DNA of 64,000 bases from Beijerinckiaceae bacterium (lineage in GTDB: Bacteria > Pseudomonadota > Alphaproteobacteria > Rhizobiales > Beijerinckiaceae): positions 624,250 through 688,249 of the forward strand of contig CBDIDO010000003.1 in NCBI GenBank assembly GCA_965277735.1, written 5' to 3'. This document shows, piece by piece, positions 43,768-52,470 of this stretch (position 1 is its first letter; every line of letters begins with the position of its first letter). The position numbers and the translations under genes are program-made. The notes beneath the pieces were generated by a model, which worked only from the letters and a program-made list of their open reading frames with translations, was not told the origin of the DNA and ran no database searches.

Positions 43768-44200
43768 AGTCGAGCAGCGTCTTGATGCGTCGCGAAAGGC
43801 CGTCGCGCACCTCGCGATAGGCCTCGAGCCGCCGCTCGCGCGAGCCCTCGACCGCGGTCGGATCGATGGTCGGCCAGTAGAGCACGTCGCAGGCGAGCGT
43901 GCGGGTGAATTCGAGCGCCTTGTGGTGCGCTTCCGGCGACAGCGTCACGATGAGGTCGAACGAGGCATCCTCGAGATCCTCGAACGTGTGCGGGTGGTGC
44001 CCCGTGATGTCGACGCCGACCTCGTCCATCACGGCGGCGGCGAACCCGTCGGGCTCGCCCGAGCGCACACCGGCCGAGGCGACATACATCTCGCGCCCGA
44101 AGTAGAGCCGCGTCAGCCCCTCGGCCATCGGCGAGCGCACGGCGTTGAACGAGCAGGAGAACAGGATCGCGGACGGCCGCACGAGCAACGGGCCGCTCAT
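43745..44200 (-). CDS. low-molecular-weight phosphotyrosine phosphatase / ArsC-like family protein
   Basis: 151 aa with the CX5R(S) active-site loop CSFNAVRS. The 3' end overlaps the convergent regulator gene by 23 nt. Confidence 0.8.
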   Translation of the reverse strand: MSGPLLVRPSAILFSCSFNAVRSPMAEGLTRLYFGREMYVASAGVRSGEPDGFAAAVMDEVGVDITGHHPHTFEDLEDASFDLIVTLSPEAHHKALEFTRTLACDVLYWPTIDPTAVEGSRERRLEAYREVRDGLSRRIKTLLDFKPMGEV

Positions 44201-44227
44201 GGTGCCAGGCTCTCGGGCCCCGCCACG

Positions 44228-44707
44228 CTAGCCTTTCCAGTGCAGCGCGGTGATCAGCGTGAAGAGGCGTCGCGCCGTGTCGTTGTCGCAATCGATCTTG
44301 CCCGCGAGCCGCTCGTTCAAAAGGTCCGCGCCCTCGTTGTGCAGCCCGCGACGACCCATGTCGATCGCCTCGATCTGCGCCGCGGTCTGCGTGCGGATCG
44401 CATCGTAGTAGCTCTCGCAGATCATGAAATAGTCGCGCAGGATCCGCTTGAACGGCGAGAGCGACAGGATGTGCACGGCCTTCTGCTCGCCGTCGGCGCC
44501 GGCGATGTCGAGCATCAGCTTGGCGTCGTGCAGCGAGATCGTCAGGTCGTAGGGCCCCGCGTCCTTGCCGGGCAGGCCGAAGGCGTTCTCCTCGATGAGG
44601 TCGTAGACCGCGATCTGGCGCTCGTGCTCCTGGTCGGGCGTGCCGATGCCGATCGAATCGCCGTCGAGCACGACGGACTTCAGCCGGTTGGTGTTCTCCT
44701 CACTCAT
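44228..44707 (-). CDS. UPF0262 family protein
   Basis: 159 aa from the ATG at 44707 (ATGA overlap with the hisD stop). Contains [24 protein letters not shown], typical of the alphaproteobacterial UPF0262 family downstream of hisD. Confidence 0.8.
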   Translation of the reverse strand: MSEENTNRLKSVVLDGDSIGIGTPDQEHERQIAVYDLIEENAFGLPGKDAGPYDLTISLHDAKLMLDIAGADGEQKAVHILSLSPFKRILRDYFMICESYYDAIRTQTAAQIEAIDMGRRGLHNEGADLLNERLAGKIDCDNDTARRLFTLITALHWKG

Positions 44708-46029
44708 ATCGCGGCCCGCTGGCGCGTGGCGACGGGGCGCTGGCCGAGGCGCATCGCGACCGAGCGCGCGTGCGCGCCGAGGCCCTCGGCCTCGCCGAGC
44801 GTCACCGCGGCCGGCCCGATCTCGTGCAGGCTCGCCTCGCTGCATTTCAGGATCGACGTCTTCTTCATGAAGTCGAGCACGTTGAGGCCGGAGGAAAAGC
44901 GCGCCGAGCGCGCCGTCGGCAGCACGTGGTTGGAGCCACCGACATAATCGCCGACGGCCTCCGGCGTGTGGCCGCCGATGAAAATCGCGCCGGCGTTGCG
45001 GATCTTGGCGGCGATCGCTTCTTCGTCCACGGCGATGATCTCGAGATGCTCCGGCGCCAGGCGGTCCGCCAGCGGCACGGCGCCGGCGAGCGACGGGACG
45101 GTGATCACCGCGCCGAAATCGCGCCAGCTGGCGCCGGCGATCTTGCCACGCGGCAGCGTGCGCATTTGCGCTTCGACTTCCCTTTCGACGGCATCCGCCA
45201 TCCTGGCATCGTCGGTGATGAGGATCGACTGCGCCGCTTCGTCGTGCTCGGCCTGGGCGAGCAGGTCGGCGGCGACCCAGGCAGGGTCGGCGGTGGCGTC
45301 GGCCAGGATCAGCACCTCGGACGGCCCGGCGATCATGTCGATGCCGACGGTGCCGAACACCTGCCGCTTGGCGGCGGCGACATAGGCGTTGCCCGGCCCC
45401 ATAATCTTCATCACGGGCGCGATCGTCTCCGTCCCGTAGGCCAGCGCCGCGATCGCCTGTGCGCCGCCGACGCGATAGACCTCGTCGACGCCGGCGAGCT
45501 CGGCGGCGGCGAGGACGAGCGGGTTGAGCTTGCCGTCGGGGGACGGCACGACCATCACCAGCCGCTCGCAGCCGACCACTTTCGCCGGCACCGCATTCAT
45601 CAGCACGGACGAGGGATAGGCGGCGGTTCCGCCGGGGACGTAGAGCCCCACCGCCTGGATCGCCGTCCAGCGCCAGCCGAGCTCGACGCCGAGAGAATCG
45701 GTGAAGCGCAGGTCCTCGGGCACCTGGCGGGCGTGGAAGCTCGCGATGCGCTCGTGCGCGAGCCGCAGTGCCGCGAGGTCTTCCTTGCGGCAGGCCCCTT
45801 TGGCAGCCTTGATCTCTTCGGCTGTGACCCGCAGGCCAAGCCGGCCGAGGTCGACCCTGTCGAAGCGCTGCGACAGGCGGATCAGCGCCGCGTCGCCGTC
45901 GGCGCGCACCTCGCGGACGATCTCGCGCACGGTCGCATCGACGTCTTCCGACACCTCCCGCTTGGTTGCGAGCAGCGCCTTGAAACGGCTCTCGAAATCC
46001 GGGCTCTCGCTGTCGAGCCGCAACGGCAT
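44704..46029 (-). CDS. hisD: histidinol dehydrogenase
   Basis: 441 aa with [29 protein letters not shown] and the QAEHD motif. Confidence 0.95.
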   Translation of the reverse strand: MPLRLDSESPDFESRFKALLATKREVSEDVDATVREIVREVRADGDAALIRLSQRFDRVDLGRLGLRVTAEEIKAAKGACRKEDLAALRLAHERIASFHARQVPEDLRFTDSLGVELGWRWTAIQAVGLYVPGGTAAYPSSVLMNAVPAKVVGCERLVMVVPSPDGKLNPLVLAAAELAGVDEVYRVGGAQAIAALAYGTETIAPVMKIMGPGNAYVAAAKRQVFGTVGIDMIAGPSEVLILADATADPAWVAADLLAQAEHDEAAQSILITDDARMADAVEREVEAQMRTLPRGKIAGASWRDFGAVITVPSLAGAVPLADRLAPEHLEIIAVDEEAIAAKIRNAGAIFIGGHTPEAVGDYVGGSNHVLPTARSARFSSGLNVLDFMKKTSILKCSEASLHEIGPAAVTLGEAEGLGAHARSVAMRLGQRPVATRQRAAI

Positions 46030-46185
46030 CGAGCTGATCTCCAGGCGGGCAGTGGGGTCGATCCTCCTTAGCCTTCAAGCGAGGTCGAGGGCAATGGCGG
46101 AGGTTTGGGGCGCGGAGGTGCCGCGGATTGCGCGGGTGGCGCGATGGATATACACTGCCTGATGTAGATCATCGGAGGATTGTCT

Positions 46186-46434
46186 ATGCGAGTGAGCAAG
46201 TGGGGCAACAGCCTAGCGGTTCGCCTGCCGGCCGCCGTCGTCGAACTGCTACAGCTCGAGGAAGGCGACGAGATCGCTATCGAAGTGGCGGGCAAGCGCG
46301 CCCTTGGGGTGGAGCGCGATCGAAACCTGGACGAGCTCTTCGCGCGTCTGGATGCCTTGGGCCTGCAATTGCCGCCGGGATACCGTTTCTCGCGCGACGA
46401 GGCGAATGAGCGCGGCTCGTCGGCCGACGAATGA
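46186..46434 (+). CDS. vapB: AbrB/MazE/SpoVT-family antitoxin (VapB-type)
   Basis: MRVSKWGNSLAVRLPAAVVELLQLEEGDEIAIEV (swapped-hairpin fold signature). GGAGG lies 7 nt upstream of the ATG at 46186. Confidence 0.8.
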   Translation: MRVSKWGNSLAVRLPAAVVELLQLEEGDEIAIEVAGKRALGVERDRNLDELFARLDALGLQLPPGYRFSRDEANERGSSADE

Positions 46435-46844
46435 AGGTGTTCTTCGACACCAACATCCTGGTTTACGCGGCCGTCCAAAGCGATGTCCGACATGCTGTCG
46501 CGCGGCGCTTGTTGGCCGGTGGCGGAGCGATCAGCGTGCAGGTGCTCAACGAGTTCGCCAACGTCGCGCACCGCAAGCTGAAGATGAGCTGGGCCGACAT
46601 CCGTTCGGCTTTGCGCTCGATCAGGTCGTCACTGCCCGCGCCGCCGATGACGGTGGCGATCAACGAGTTGGCAACTGCTCTCGCCGAGCAGCACAAGTTC
46701 GCCTTCTACGACGCCCTGATCATCGCCTCTGCTTTGGAGGCGGGTTGCACCACGCTGTACACGGAGGACATGCATCACGGGATGACAATCCGGCAGAGCA
46801 TGCAGATCATCAACCCGTTCATTGGCCCCGGCACCGGCTCATAG
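46431..46844 (+). CDS. vapC: PIN-domain ribonuclease toxin (VapC-type)
   Basis: 137 aa. MKVFFDTNILVYA (first acidic PIN residue) and later YDALIIASA...LYTEDM. ATGA overlap with the antitoxin stop. Confidence 0.85.
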   Translation: MKVFFDTNILVYAAVQSDVRHAVARRLLAGGGAISVQVLNEFANVAHRKLKMSWADIRSALRSIRSSLPAPPMTVAINELATALAEQHKFAFYDALIIASALEAGCTTLYTEDMHHGMTIRQSMQIINPFIGPGTGS

Positions 46845-47057
46845 AAGCCGCGACACCACCACCCCCACTACAACCGGCCCGCACAGCAGGATCGCCAGCG
46901 GCACGCAGCAGCCGAGCATGGCGCCGACCTTGCGCTGGCGCCCCTCGCGAGTGAGCGGGATGCCGATCGCCCGCGAGATGCGGCCCTTGAGCGCGGACAG
47001 GCCGATGGCGCGGCGCCACGAGAACGAAAACCCGTATTTCCTGTCGTCGTCCGACAT
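46839..47057 (-). CDS. small C-terminally membrane-anchored hypothetical protein (72 aa)
   Basis: ATG at 47057. Translation MSDDDRKYGFSFSWRRAIGLSALKGRISRAIGIPLTREGRQRKVG followed by a hydrophobic tail. Overlaps the vapC 3' end by 6 nt. Confidence 0.45.
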   Translation of the reverse strand: MSDDDRKYGFSFSWRRAIGLSALKGRISRAIGIPLTREGRQRKVGAMLGCCVPLAILLCGPVVVGVVVSRLL

Positions 47058-47172
47058 CGCCCCTCGCTTTCCCGCCCAAAATCGGGCCCTCGGTCTCATG
47101 CGCCGCGCGCCACGGGTGTTGCAAACGCGGCGGCGCACCTACCTAGCAGCTGTGCCGCAGCCCTTCGCGGCG

Positions 47173-48285
47173 ATGGAGACCCTCATGAGCCCAGTGCTGC
47201 AGCCCGTCCGCCTCGGCGATCTCGAGCTCAAGAACCGAATCGTCATGGCGCCCCTGACGCGCAGCCGCTCCTCGACAGAGGGCGTGCCGCCGGCCTACGC
47301 CGCCGACTATTACGCGCAGCGCGCCACGGCCGGGCTTATCATCTCGGAGGCGACCAACATATCCCCGCAGGCGGTCGGCTATGCCCTCACGCCGGGCATC
47401 TGGAGCGACGCGCAGGTCGAGAGCTGGCGCCATGTGACCGACAAGGTGCACGCCAACGGCGGCCTCATCTTCCTGCAGCTCTGGCATTGCGGCCGCATCT
47501 CGCATCCCGACCTGCAGCCGGGCCACGGCCTGCCGGTGTCGGCCTCGGCGGTGAAGCCCGAGGGCCAAGCCTTTACGACCGAGGGCATGAAGGCGCACGT
47601 CACCCCGCGCGCGCTCGAGACCGACGAGATCCCCGGCATCGTCGAGGATTATCGCAAGGCGACGGCCAATGCGAAGCGCGCCGGCTTCGACGGCGTCGAG
47701 GTGCATTCGGCCAACAATTACCTGCTCGAGCAATTCGTCCGCGACTCGACCAACCACCGCACCGACCAGTACGGCGGCTCTATCGCAAACCGGCTGCGTT
47801 TCCCGCTCGCCGCGGTCGACGCGGCGGTACAGGCGTGGGGCGACAGCAAGCATGTCGGCATCCGCCTGTCGCCGACCACCACTGCGCCAGGCGAGACGCC
47901 GCTCGACAGCGACACGACCGCGACCTACGGCGCCTACGTCGACGCCTTGCGCGATCGCGAGCTGCTCTACATCCACGTCATCGAGGGCGTGACGCGCGCG
48001 ACGCGCGAGTCGAAGGCGCTCGATTTCGATGCGCTGCGCAAGCGCTGGCCCGGCATCTACATGGGCAACAACCGGATGACGCTCGCTCTCGCCGAGCAGG
48101 AGCTGTCGTCCGGCCACGCCGACCTGTTCGCGTTCGGCCGGCCGTTCATCGGCAATCCGGATCTCGTCGAGCGGCTGCGCACCGGCGCCGACCTCGTCGA
48201 GGCGCCGGAGAAGACCTATTACGGCGGCGATTGGCACGGCTATTCGGATTGGCCGGGCCTGAAGGGGCCGGTCGAGCTGCGGTAA
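47173..48285 (+). CDS. alkene reductase / NADH:flavin oxidoreductase (Old Yellow Enzyme, NemA-like)
   Basis: Contains LELKNRIVMAPLTRSR...GLIISEAT...QLWHCGR...GFDGVEVHSANNYLLEQF...RTDQYGGS, the OYE signature. Confidence 0.9.
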   Translation: METLMSPVLQPVRLGDLELKNRIVMAPLTRSRSSTEGVPPAYAADYYAQRATAGLIISEATNISPQAVGYALTPGIWSDAQVESWRHVTDKVHANGGLIFLQLWHCGRISHPDLQPGHGLPVSASAVKPEGQAFTTEGMKAHVTPRALETDEIPGIVEDYRKATANAKRAGFDGVEVHSANNYLLEQFVRDSTNHRTDQYGGSIANRLRFPLAAVDAAVQAWGDSKHVGIRLSPTTTAPGETPLDSDTTATYGAYVDALRDRELLYIHVIEGVTRATRESKALDFDALRKRWPGIYMGNNRMTLALAEQELSSGHADLFAFGRPFIGNPDLVERLRTGADLVEAPEKTYYGGDWHGYSDWPGLKGPVELR

Positions 48286-48293
48286 GCTTCCCT

Positions 48294-48375
48294 CCGTCCT
48301 TGCGAGCCGAAGGCGAAGCAACCCAGGGACCACGCGTTGGCCCTGGGTTGCTTCGCTGCGCTCGCAATCACGACG
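48294..48375. repeat. palindromic REP/MITE-like element, type 1, between convergent genes
   Basis: CCGTCCTTGCGAGCCGAAGGCGAAGCAACCCAGGG-12 nt-CCCTGGGTTGCTTCGCTGCGCTCGCAATCACGACG. It fills the gap between the OYE stop (48285) and the fliP stop (48385). Confidence 0.75.
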
Positions 48376-48384
48376 CCTACGGCG

Positions 48385-49155
48385 TCAGGAGTACGACCGG
48401 ATCAGATTGCCGACGAGCAGGTTCCAGCCGTCGATCAGCACGAAGAACAAGAGCTTCATCGGCAGCGAGATGATTGAGGGCGACAGCATCATCATGCCCA
48501 TCGACATCGTCACCGTCGCGACGATCATGTCGATGACGAGGAACGGCAGCACGATCAGAAAGCCGATCTCGAAGCCGCGGCGGATCTCCGAGATCATGAA
48601 GGCCGGGATCAGGATGCGCAGGTCGACGGCGCCCTTGTCGGTCGTCTTGATGCTCGCCTGCGCGAGGTCGTCGAACATCTTGAGGTCCTTGTCGCGGACC
48701 TGCGCGAGCATGAACTTGCGGAACGGATCGACGATCTTGGGATAGGCGTCGCTCTCGGACATCTTGTTGTCGATCAGCGGCTTCAGGCCGTTCTGCCAGG
48801 ACGAATCGAAGGTCGGCGCCATCACGTAGAACGTCATGAACAAGGCGAGCGAAACGAGGATCAGGTTGGCCGGCGTCGTCTGCAGGCCGAGGCCCGAGCG
48901 CAGGAACGAGAAGGCGATGGCAAAGCGCGTGAAGCTCGTCACCATCACGAGCAGGCCCGGCGCGATCGACAGGATGGTGAGGAGCCCCACGACCTGGACG
49001 ATGCGGCCCGTCGCCGTGCCGCCGGCCTGGGGCACCAGCGAGTTGAGGTCCGGCACCTGCGCCAGCGCCGCGTGGAGCGGGACGAGCGAGAGCAACGTGG
49101 CGCCCGCGGCGACGCCGAGGAGCGAGGTGAGCTTGCGGGCGACCGAGCGTTTCAT
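48385..49155 (-). CDS. fliP: flagellar type III export apparatus protein FliP
   Basis: 256 aa with the conserved FliP core (TSFTRFAIAFSFLRSGLGLQTTPAN...ISEIRRGFEIGFLIVLPFLVIDMIV). Confidence 0.95.
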   Translation of the reverse strand: MKRSVARKLTSLLGVAAGATLLSLVPLHAALAQVPDLNSLVPQAGGTATGRIVQVVGLLTILSIAPGLLVMVTSFTRFAIAFSFLRSGLGLQTTPANLILVSLALFMTFYVMAPTFDSSWQNGLKPLIDNKMSESDAYPKIVDPFRKFMLAQVRDKDLKMFDDLAQASIKTTDKGAVDLRILIPAFMISEIRRGFEIGFLIVLPFLVIDMIVATVTMSMGMMMLSPSIISLPMKLLFFVLIDGWNLLVGNLIRSYS

Positions 49156-49625
49156 TCCACCACCAAAGTCTCGATCACGACCTCGCGCACCTTGCCCTGC
49201 GTGCGGACGGCGGCGCGGTCGTTCAAATCCTCACGCAGGTTCTGCAGGCCGCTCGCGCCCTGCAGCTTCACCAGCGTCAGTGTGTTGAGGAAGGCGACGA
49301 TGTCGTCGGTGATCTGCGCCGCGGCGAGGCCCGGCTCCTCGATCGCGCCTTTCGTGAAGACGATCGCGACCTGCAGCCGGACATGCGAGCTGGTCGGCGG
49401 CGCGAGGTTGGTGATCACCGCCGGCAGCTCGCGGATTTCGACCGTGTTCGGATAGGGCAGCGACGGCGCCGCGGTCGCGGTGGCATGCGGCTCGATCGCG
49501 CCCTTGAGTCGCGCGACGATCAGCTTGCCGACGAGGCCGCCGCCGATGAGGGCGAGCACCGTGAGTGCCGCCGCCGACACGATCAGGTTGGACTTGCCAC
49601 CAGTTTTCTCTGCCACGGCTGCCAT
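49152..49625 (-). CDS. fliL: flagellar basal body-associated protein FliL
   Basis: 157 aa with a single N-terminal TM and the FliL C-terminal domain. Positioned between flgH and fliP as in Rhizobiales flagellar operons. Confidence 0.85.
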   Translation of the reverse strand: MAAVAEKTGGKSNLIVSAAALTVLALIGGGLVGKLIVARLKGAIEPHATATAAPSLPYPNTVEIRELPAVITNLAPPTSSHVRLQVAIVFTKGAIEEPGLAAAQITDDIVAFLNTLTLVKLQGASGLQNLREDLNDRAAVRTQGKVREVVIETLVVE

Positions 49626-49634
49626 CGTCGGGCC

Positions 49635-50336
49635 TCAGAACGGCTTGACGGCGTTGTAGATCTGCTGGCCCCAGCTCGGCTGCTGCACCTCGCTGAGCCG
49701 TCCGCGGCCGCCATACGAGATGCGGGCCTCGGCGACCTTGTCGTAGGGGATCGTGTTGTCCTTCGAGATGTCCTGCGGCCGCACGATGCCGGCGACGTAG
49801 ATCTGGCGGATCTCGAAGTTGACGCGGATTTCCTGCGAGCCCGATACGACGATGTTGCCGTTGGGCAGCACCTCGCTGACGACGGCGCCGACGGAGACCT
49901 TGATCTTCTCGCTGCGGTCGATCTGGCCCTGGCCGGTGGCGCCCGTCGTCGAGGACGAGTTGAAGTCGCCGGCGATCTTGCCCTTGCCGAGCCCGAGGTC
50001 GAACTTGTTGGCCACCTCGTCGTCGAGCGAGGCCTGCGTGTTGTTGCCCAGCGAGGCCTTGTCGTTCATCGAGATCAGGATCGTGATGACGTCGCCGCCC
50101 TTCATCGCGCGCGGGTCGCGATAGAGGCTGGAGCCATCCTGGTAGAGCGAGTTGAAGGCCGGGCGCTGCTCGTCGCCCGCGTAATGGTGCGGCAGGATGG
50201 CGGGCTCGACACCGGCGCCTACGGGGGTGAGCACCGGCTCGCGGCCGATCTCGGTCGGGCGCGCCGCGCAGCCGGAGAGGGTCACGGCTGCGACCGCGAT
50301 GCTCGCGAGCGCGGCGAAGGTCGGGCGCTGGCTCAC
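49635..50336 (-). CDS. flgH: flagellar L-ring lipoprotein FlgH
   Basis: GTG start at 50336 (GTGA overlap with the motE stop). Lipobox VTLSGC. Conserved C-terminal ISYGGRG...QQP.WG motif. Confidence 0.9.
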   Translation of the reverse strand: MSQRPTFAALASIAVAAVTLSGCAARPTEIGREPVLTPVGAGVEPAILPHHYAGDEQRPAFNSLYQDGSSLYRDPRAMKGGDVITILISMNDKASLGNNTQASLDDEVANKFDLGLGKGKIAGDFNSSSTTGATGQGQIDRSEKIKVSVGAVVSEVLPNGNIVVSGSQEIRVNFEIRQIYVAGIVRPQDISKDNTIPYDKVAEARISYGGRGRLSEVQQPSWGQQIYNAVKPF

Positions 50337-50830
50337 AGCTTCTTCTCGTTCGATGCTTGGGCGCCAAGCGGCGTGGCGGCGATGAGCGCGGCGAGCTTGC
50401 CGGCGCGCTCGGGCACGATCTCGTTGAAGATCGCACTCGCCTGGCGCGGGTTGAGCTGGCCGAGCACGGCTGCGGCCATGTCGTCGTCGAGCTGGGAAAT
50501 CTGCGTCGCCGCCGTCTCCGGCCGCATCTTCGCGTAGATGCCGACGAGCTTCTCGGCCGCTTTCTTTTCCAGCGCCTCGCGCTTGCCGATCCAGTCGCGC
50601 AGCTCGGCCGTCTTGGCATCGAGCTCGGCGACGCGCGCCTTGAGGCGCGTCTCCAGCGCGTTGAGCTGCTGCGTCTGCCAGGCGAAGCGCGCGTCGCTCG
50701 CCGCCTTGGCGATGTTCGTGCAATAGCGCTTGACGTCCGCCTCGGTGCTCTGCGCGCGCGCCGGGGACGACAGCGTGAGCGCCAACAGCGCGATCGACGC
50801 CAGGCGGATATCGATGCGCGGCAATGCCAT
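50333..50830 (-). CDS. motE: MotE-family / MgtE-N-like flagellar protein
   Basis: 165 aa from the ATG at 50830. Signal peptide (ALLALTLSSPARAQ), a coiled-coil region and IYAKMRPETAATQISQLDDDMAAAVL. It occupies the motE position between flgI and flgH. Confidence 0.7.
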   Translation of the reverse strand: MALPRIDIRLASIALLALTLSSPARAQSTEADVKRYCTNIAKAASDARFAWQTQQLNALETRLKARVAELDAKTAELRDWIGKREALEKKAAEKLVGIYAKMRPETAATQISQLDDDMAAAVLGQLNPRQASAIFNEIVPERAGKLAALIAATPLGAQASNEKKL

Positions 50831-50915
50831 GTGGCCGGTGATCATGCCGCCGAAGCTAAGGCCACAAACTTGTGTCGGGCTGGCTGACCGCGTCCTGTTC
50901 GACGATTGCTGTGAC

Positions 50916-50955
50916 GGGCTCGCAAGATCCGGCGATCGCCGGACCCAGCGAGCCC
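50916..50955 (-). other. nested GC-rich stem-loop immediately downstream of the Cys-rich peptide gene
   Basis: GGGCTCGC-AAGA-TCCGGCGATCGCCGGA-CCCA-GCGAGCCC: an 8-bp outer stem plus a 16-nt perfect inner palindrome. No U-tract follows on the transcribed strand. Confidence 0.45.
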
Positions 50956-50963
50956 ATTTCACA

Positions 50964-51215
50964 TCACATGCTCTCGAACTTGTGGCCCGACTTCTTGCAT
51001 GGCGCGGCGGCCGTCATCGCGAAGCCCTGGCCCTTGCAGGCGTTCAGCCCCGGTCGGCCGCCCTTGCAGGCGCTCAGGCCCTTGCAGGAATTGGCGGCCA
51101 TGCAATGGCCCATCTTGGGGGCGGCGTCCGCCGTCGTGGTCGTCGCCACGCCGGCAGCGAACAGGCTGGCGGCGGCCGCCGCCATCGCGGCGCCGGATAG
51201 AATCGTCGTCTTCAT
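50964..51215 (-). CDS. small secreted Cys-rich peptide (83-aa precursor, three [SA]CKG motifs)
   Basis: GGGAGGA lies 5 nt upstream of the ATG. Signal peptide MKTTILSGAAMAAAAASLFAAGVATTTTADA. Mature part APKMGHCMAANSCKGLSACKGGRPGLNACKGQGFAMTAAAPCKKSGHKFESM. Very high GC3. Confidence 0.7.
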   Translation of the reverse strand: MKTTILSGAAMAAAAASLFAAGVATTTTADAAPKMGHCMAANSCKGLSACKGGRPGLNACKGQGFAMTAAAPCKKSGHKFESM

Positions 51216-51359
51216 TGCGGTCCTCCCTGGACGATACGACCGGGTTTTTTTCTCCCGTGTCGGCGTCCAAGGTTGCAGATCGCGCGGCGCCCGTAAGTGA
51301 CTCGGGTCACCGCCCTGTCGACGTCTCGCTGGAAATTCCCGCCCAGGCGAAAGCGGCGC

Positions 51360-52469
51360 CTACTGCGTGACGAGGTCCGCCTGCAGCGCGCCGGCCGACT
51401 TGATCGCCTGCAGGATCGCGATAATGCCCGAGGGTTTGAGGCCGATCTGGTTCAGGCCGCCGACGAGCTTGCGGAGCGTCGTGCCGCCGAGCACGCGCAA
51501 CTGGCCGCCGTTCTCGTTGATGTCGACGTCGGTGCGCGGCAGCACCACGGTCTTGCCGCGCGAGAACGGCGCGGGCTGCGAGGCGATCGGCGTCTCGGTG
51601 ACGCGCACCGTCAGCGTGCCGTGGGTGACGGCGACGGTCGAGATCTGCACGTCCTGGCCGATGACGATCGTGCCGGTGCGTGCGTCGATGATCACGCGGG
51701 CCTCGGTGTCGGGCTCGACGAGCAGCGAGCCGATCTCGGCGATGTAGCGCGTCGTGCCCATGTGCGGCGGCAGGGTGAGCGCGACGGAGCGGAAGTCGCG
51801 CTCGCGCGCGGTGCGCATGCCCCAGCGGCGCAGCGAATAGCCGTTGATCGCGTCGACGATGCGGATCGCGGTCGCGAAATCCGGGTTCTTTAGATCGAGC
51901 GCCATCGGCCCGACGTCGCCGGGGCGGTTGGCATTGGGAAGTTCGACCGTCGCGCCGTTGGGGATGCGGCCGACCGTCGGCACACCTTGGTTGACGGTTT
52001 CGGCCTGGCCGACGGCGGCGGTGCCGGAGACGGCGACCTCGCCCTGCGCCACCGCGTGCACCTTGCCGTCGGCACCCGACATCGGGGTCAGCACCAGCGT
52101 GCCGCCCATCAGCGACGTCGCGTCGCCCATGGAGGAGACGGTGATGTCGATGCGCTGGCCGCGGTTCATGAAGGGCGGCAGGTCGGCCGTCACCATCACG
52201 GCGGCGACGTTGCGGCTGCGCAGCGCCTGATTGCGCACGTTGATGCCGAGCCGGTCGAGCATCGACTGCATCGTCTGCTCGGTGAAGGGTGCGTTGCGCA
52301 ACGTGTCGCCGGTGCCCTCGAGCCCGAAGACGAGGCCGTAGCCGACGAGCTGGTTGTCGCGGATGCCCTCGATCGTCGCGATGTCCTTGATGCGCACCGC
52401 GGCGGTGGCGGGCAGGATCGCGGCGGCGGTCGTTACTGCGGCGAGGAAAAGGGTGACGAGCTTTCGCAT
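51360..52469 (-). CDS. flgI: flagellar P-ring protein FlgI
   Basis: 369 aa from the ATG at 52469. Signal peptide, then RIKDIATIEGIRDNQLVGYGLVFGLEGTGD, the FlgI signature. Confidence 0.95.
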   Translation of the reverse strand: MRKLVTLFLAAVTTAAAILPATAAVRIKDIATIEGIRDNQLVGYGLVFGLEGTGDTLRNAPFTEQTMQSMLDRLGINVRNQALRSRNVAAVMVTADLPPFMNRGQRIDITVSSMGDATSLMGGTLVLTPMSGADGKVHAVAQGEVAVSGTAAVGQAETVNQGVPTVGRIPNGATVELPNANRPGDVGPMALDLKNPDFATAIRIVDAINGYSLRRWGMRTARERDFRSVALTLPPHMGTTRYIAEIGSLLVEPDTEARVIIDARTGTIVIGQDVQISTVAVTHGTLTVRVTETPIASQPAPFSRGKTVVLPRTDVDINENGGQLRVLGGTTLRKLVGGLNQIGLKPSGIIAILQAIKSAGALQADLVTQ

Positions 52470-52470
52470 C

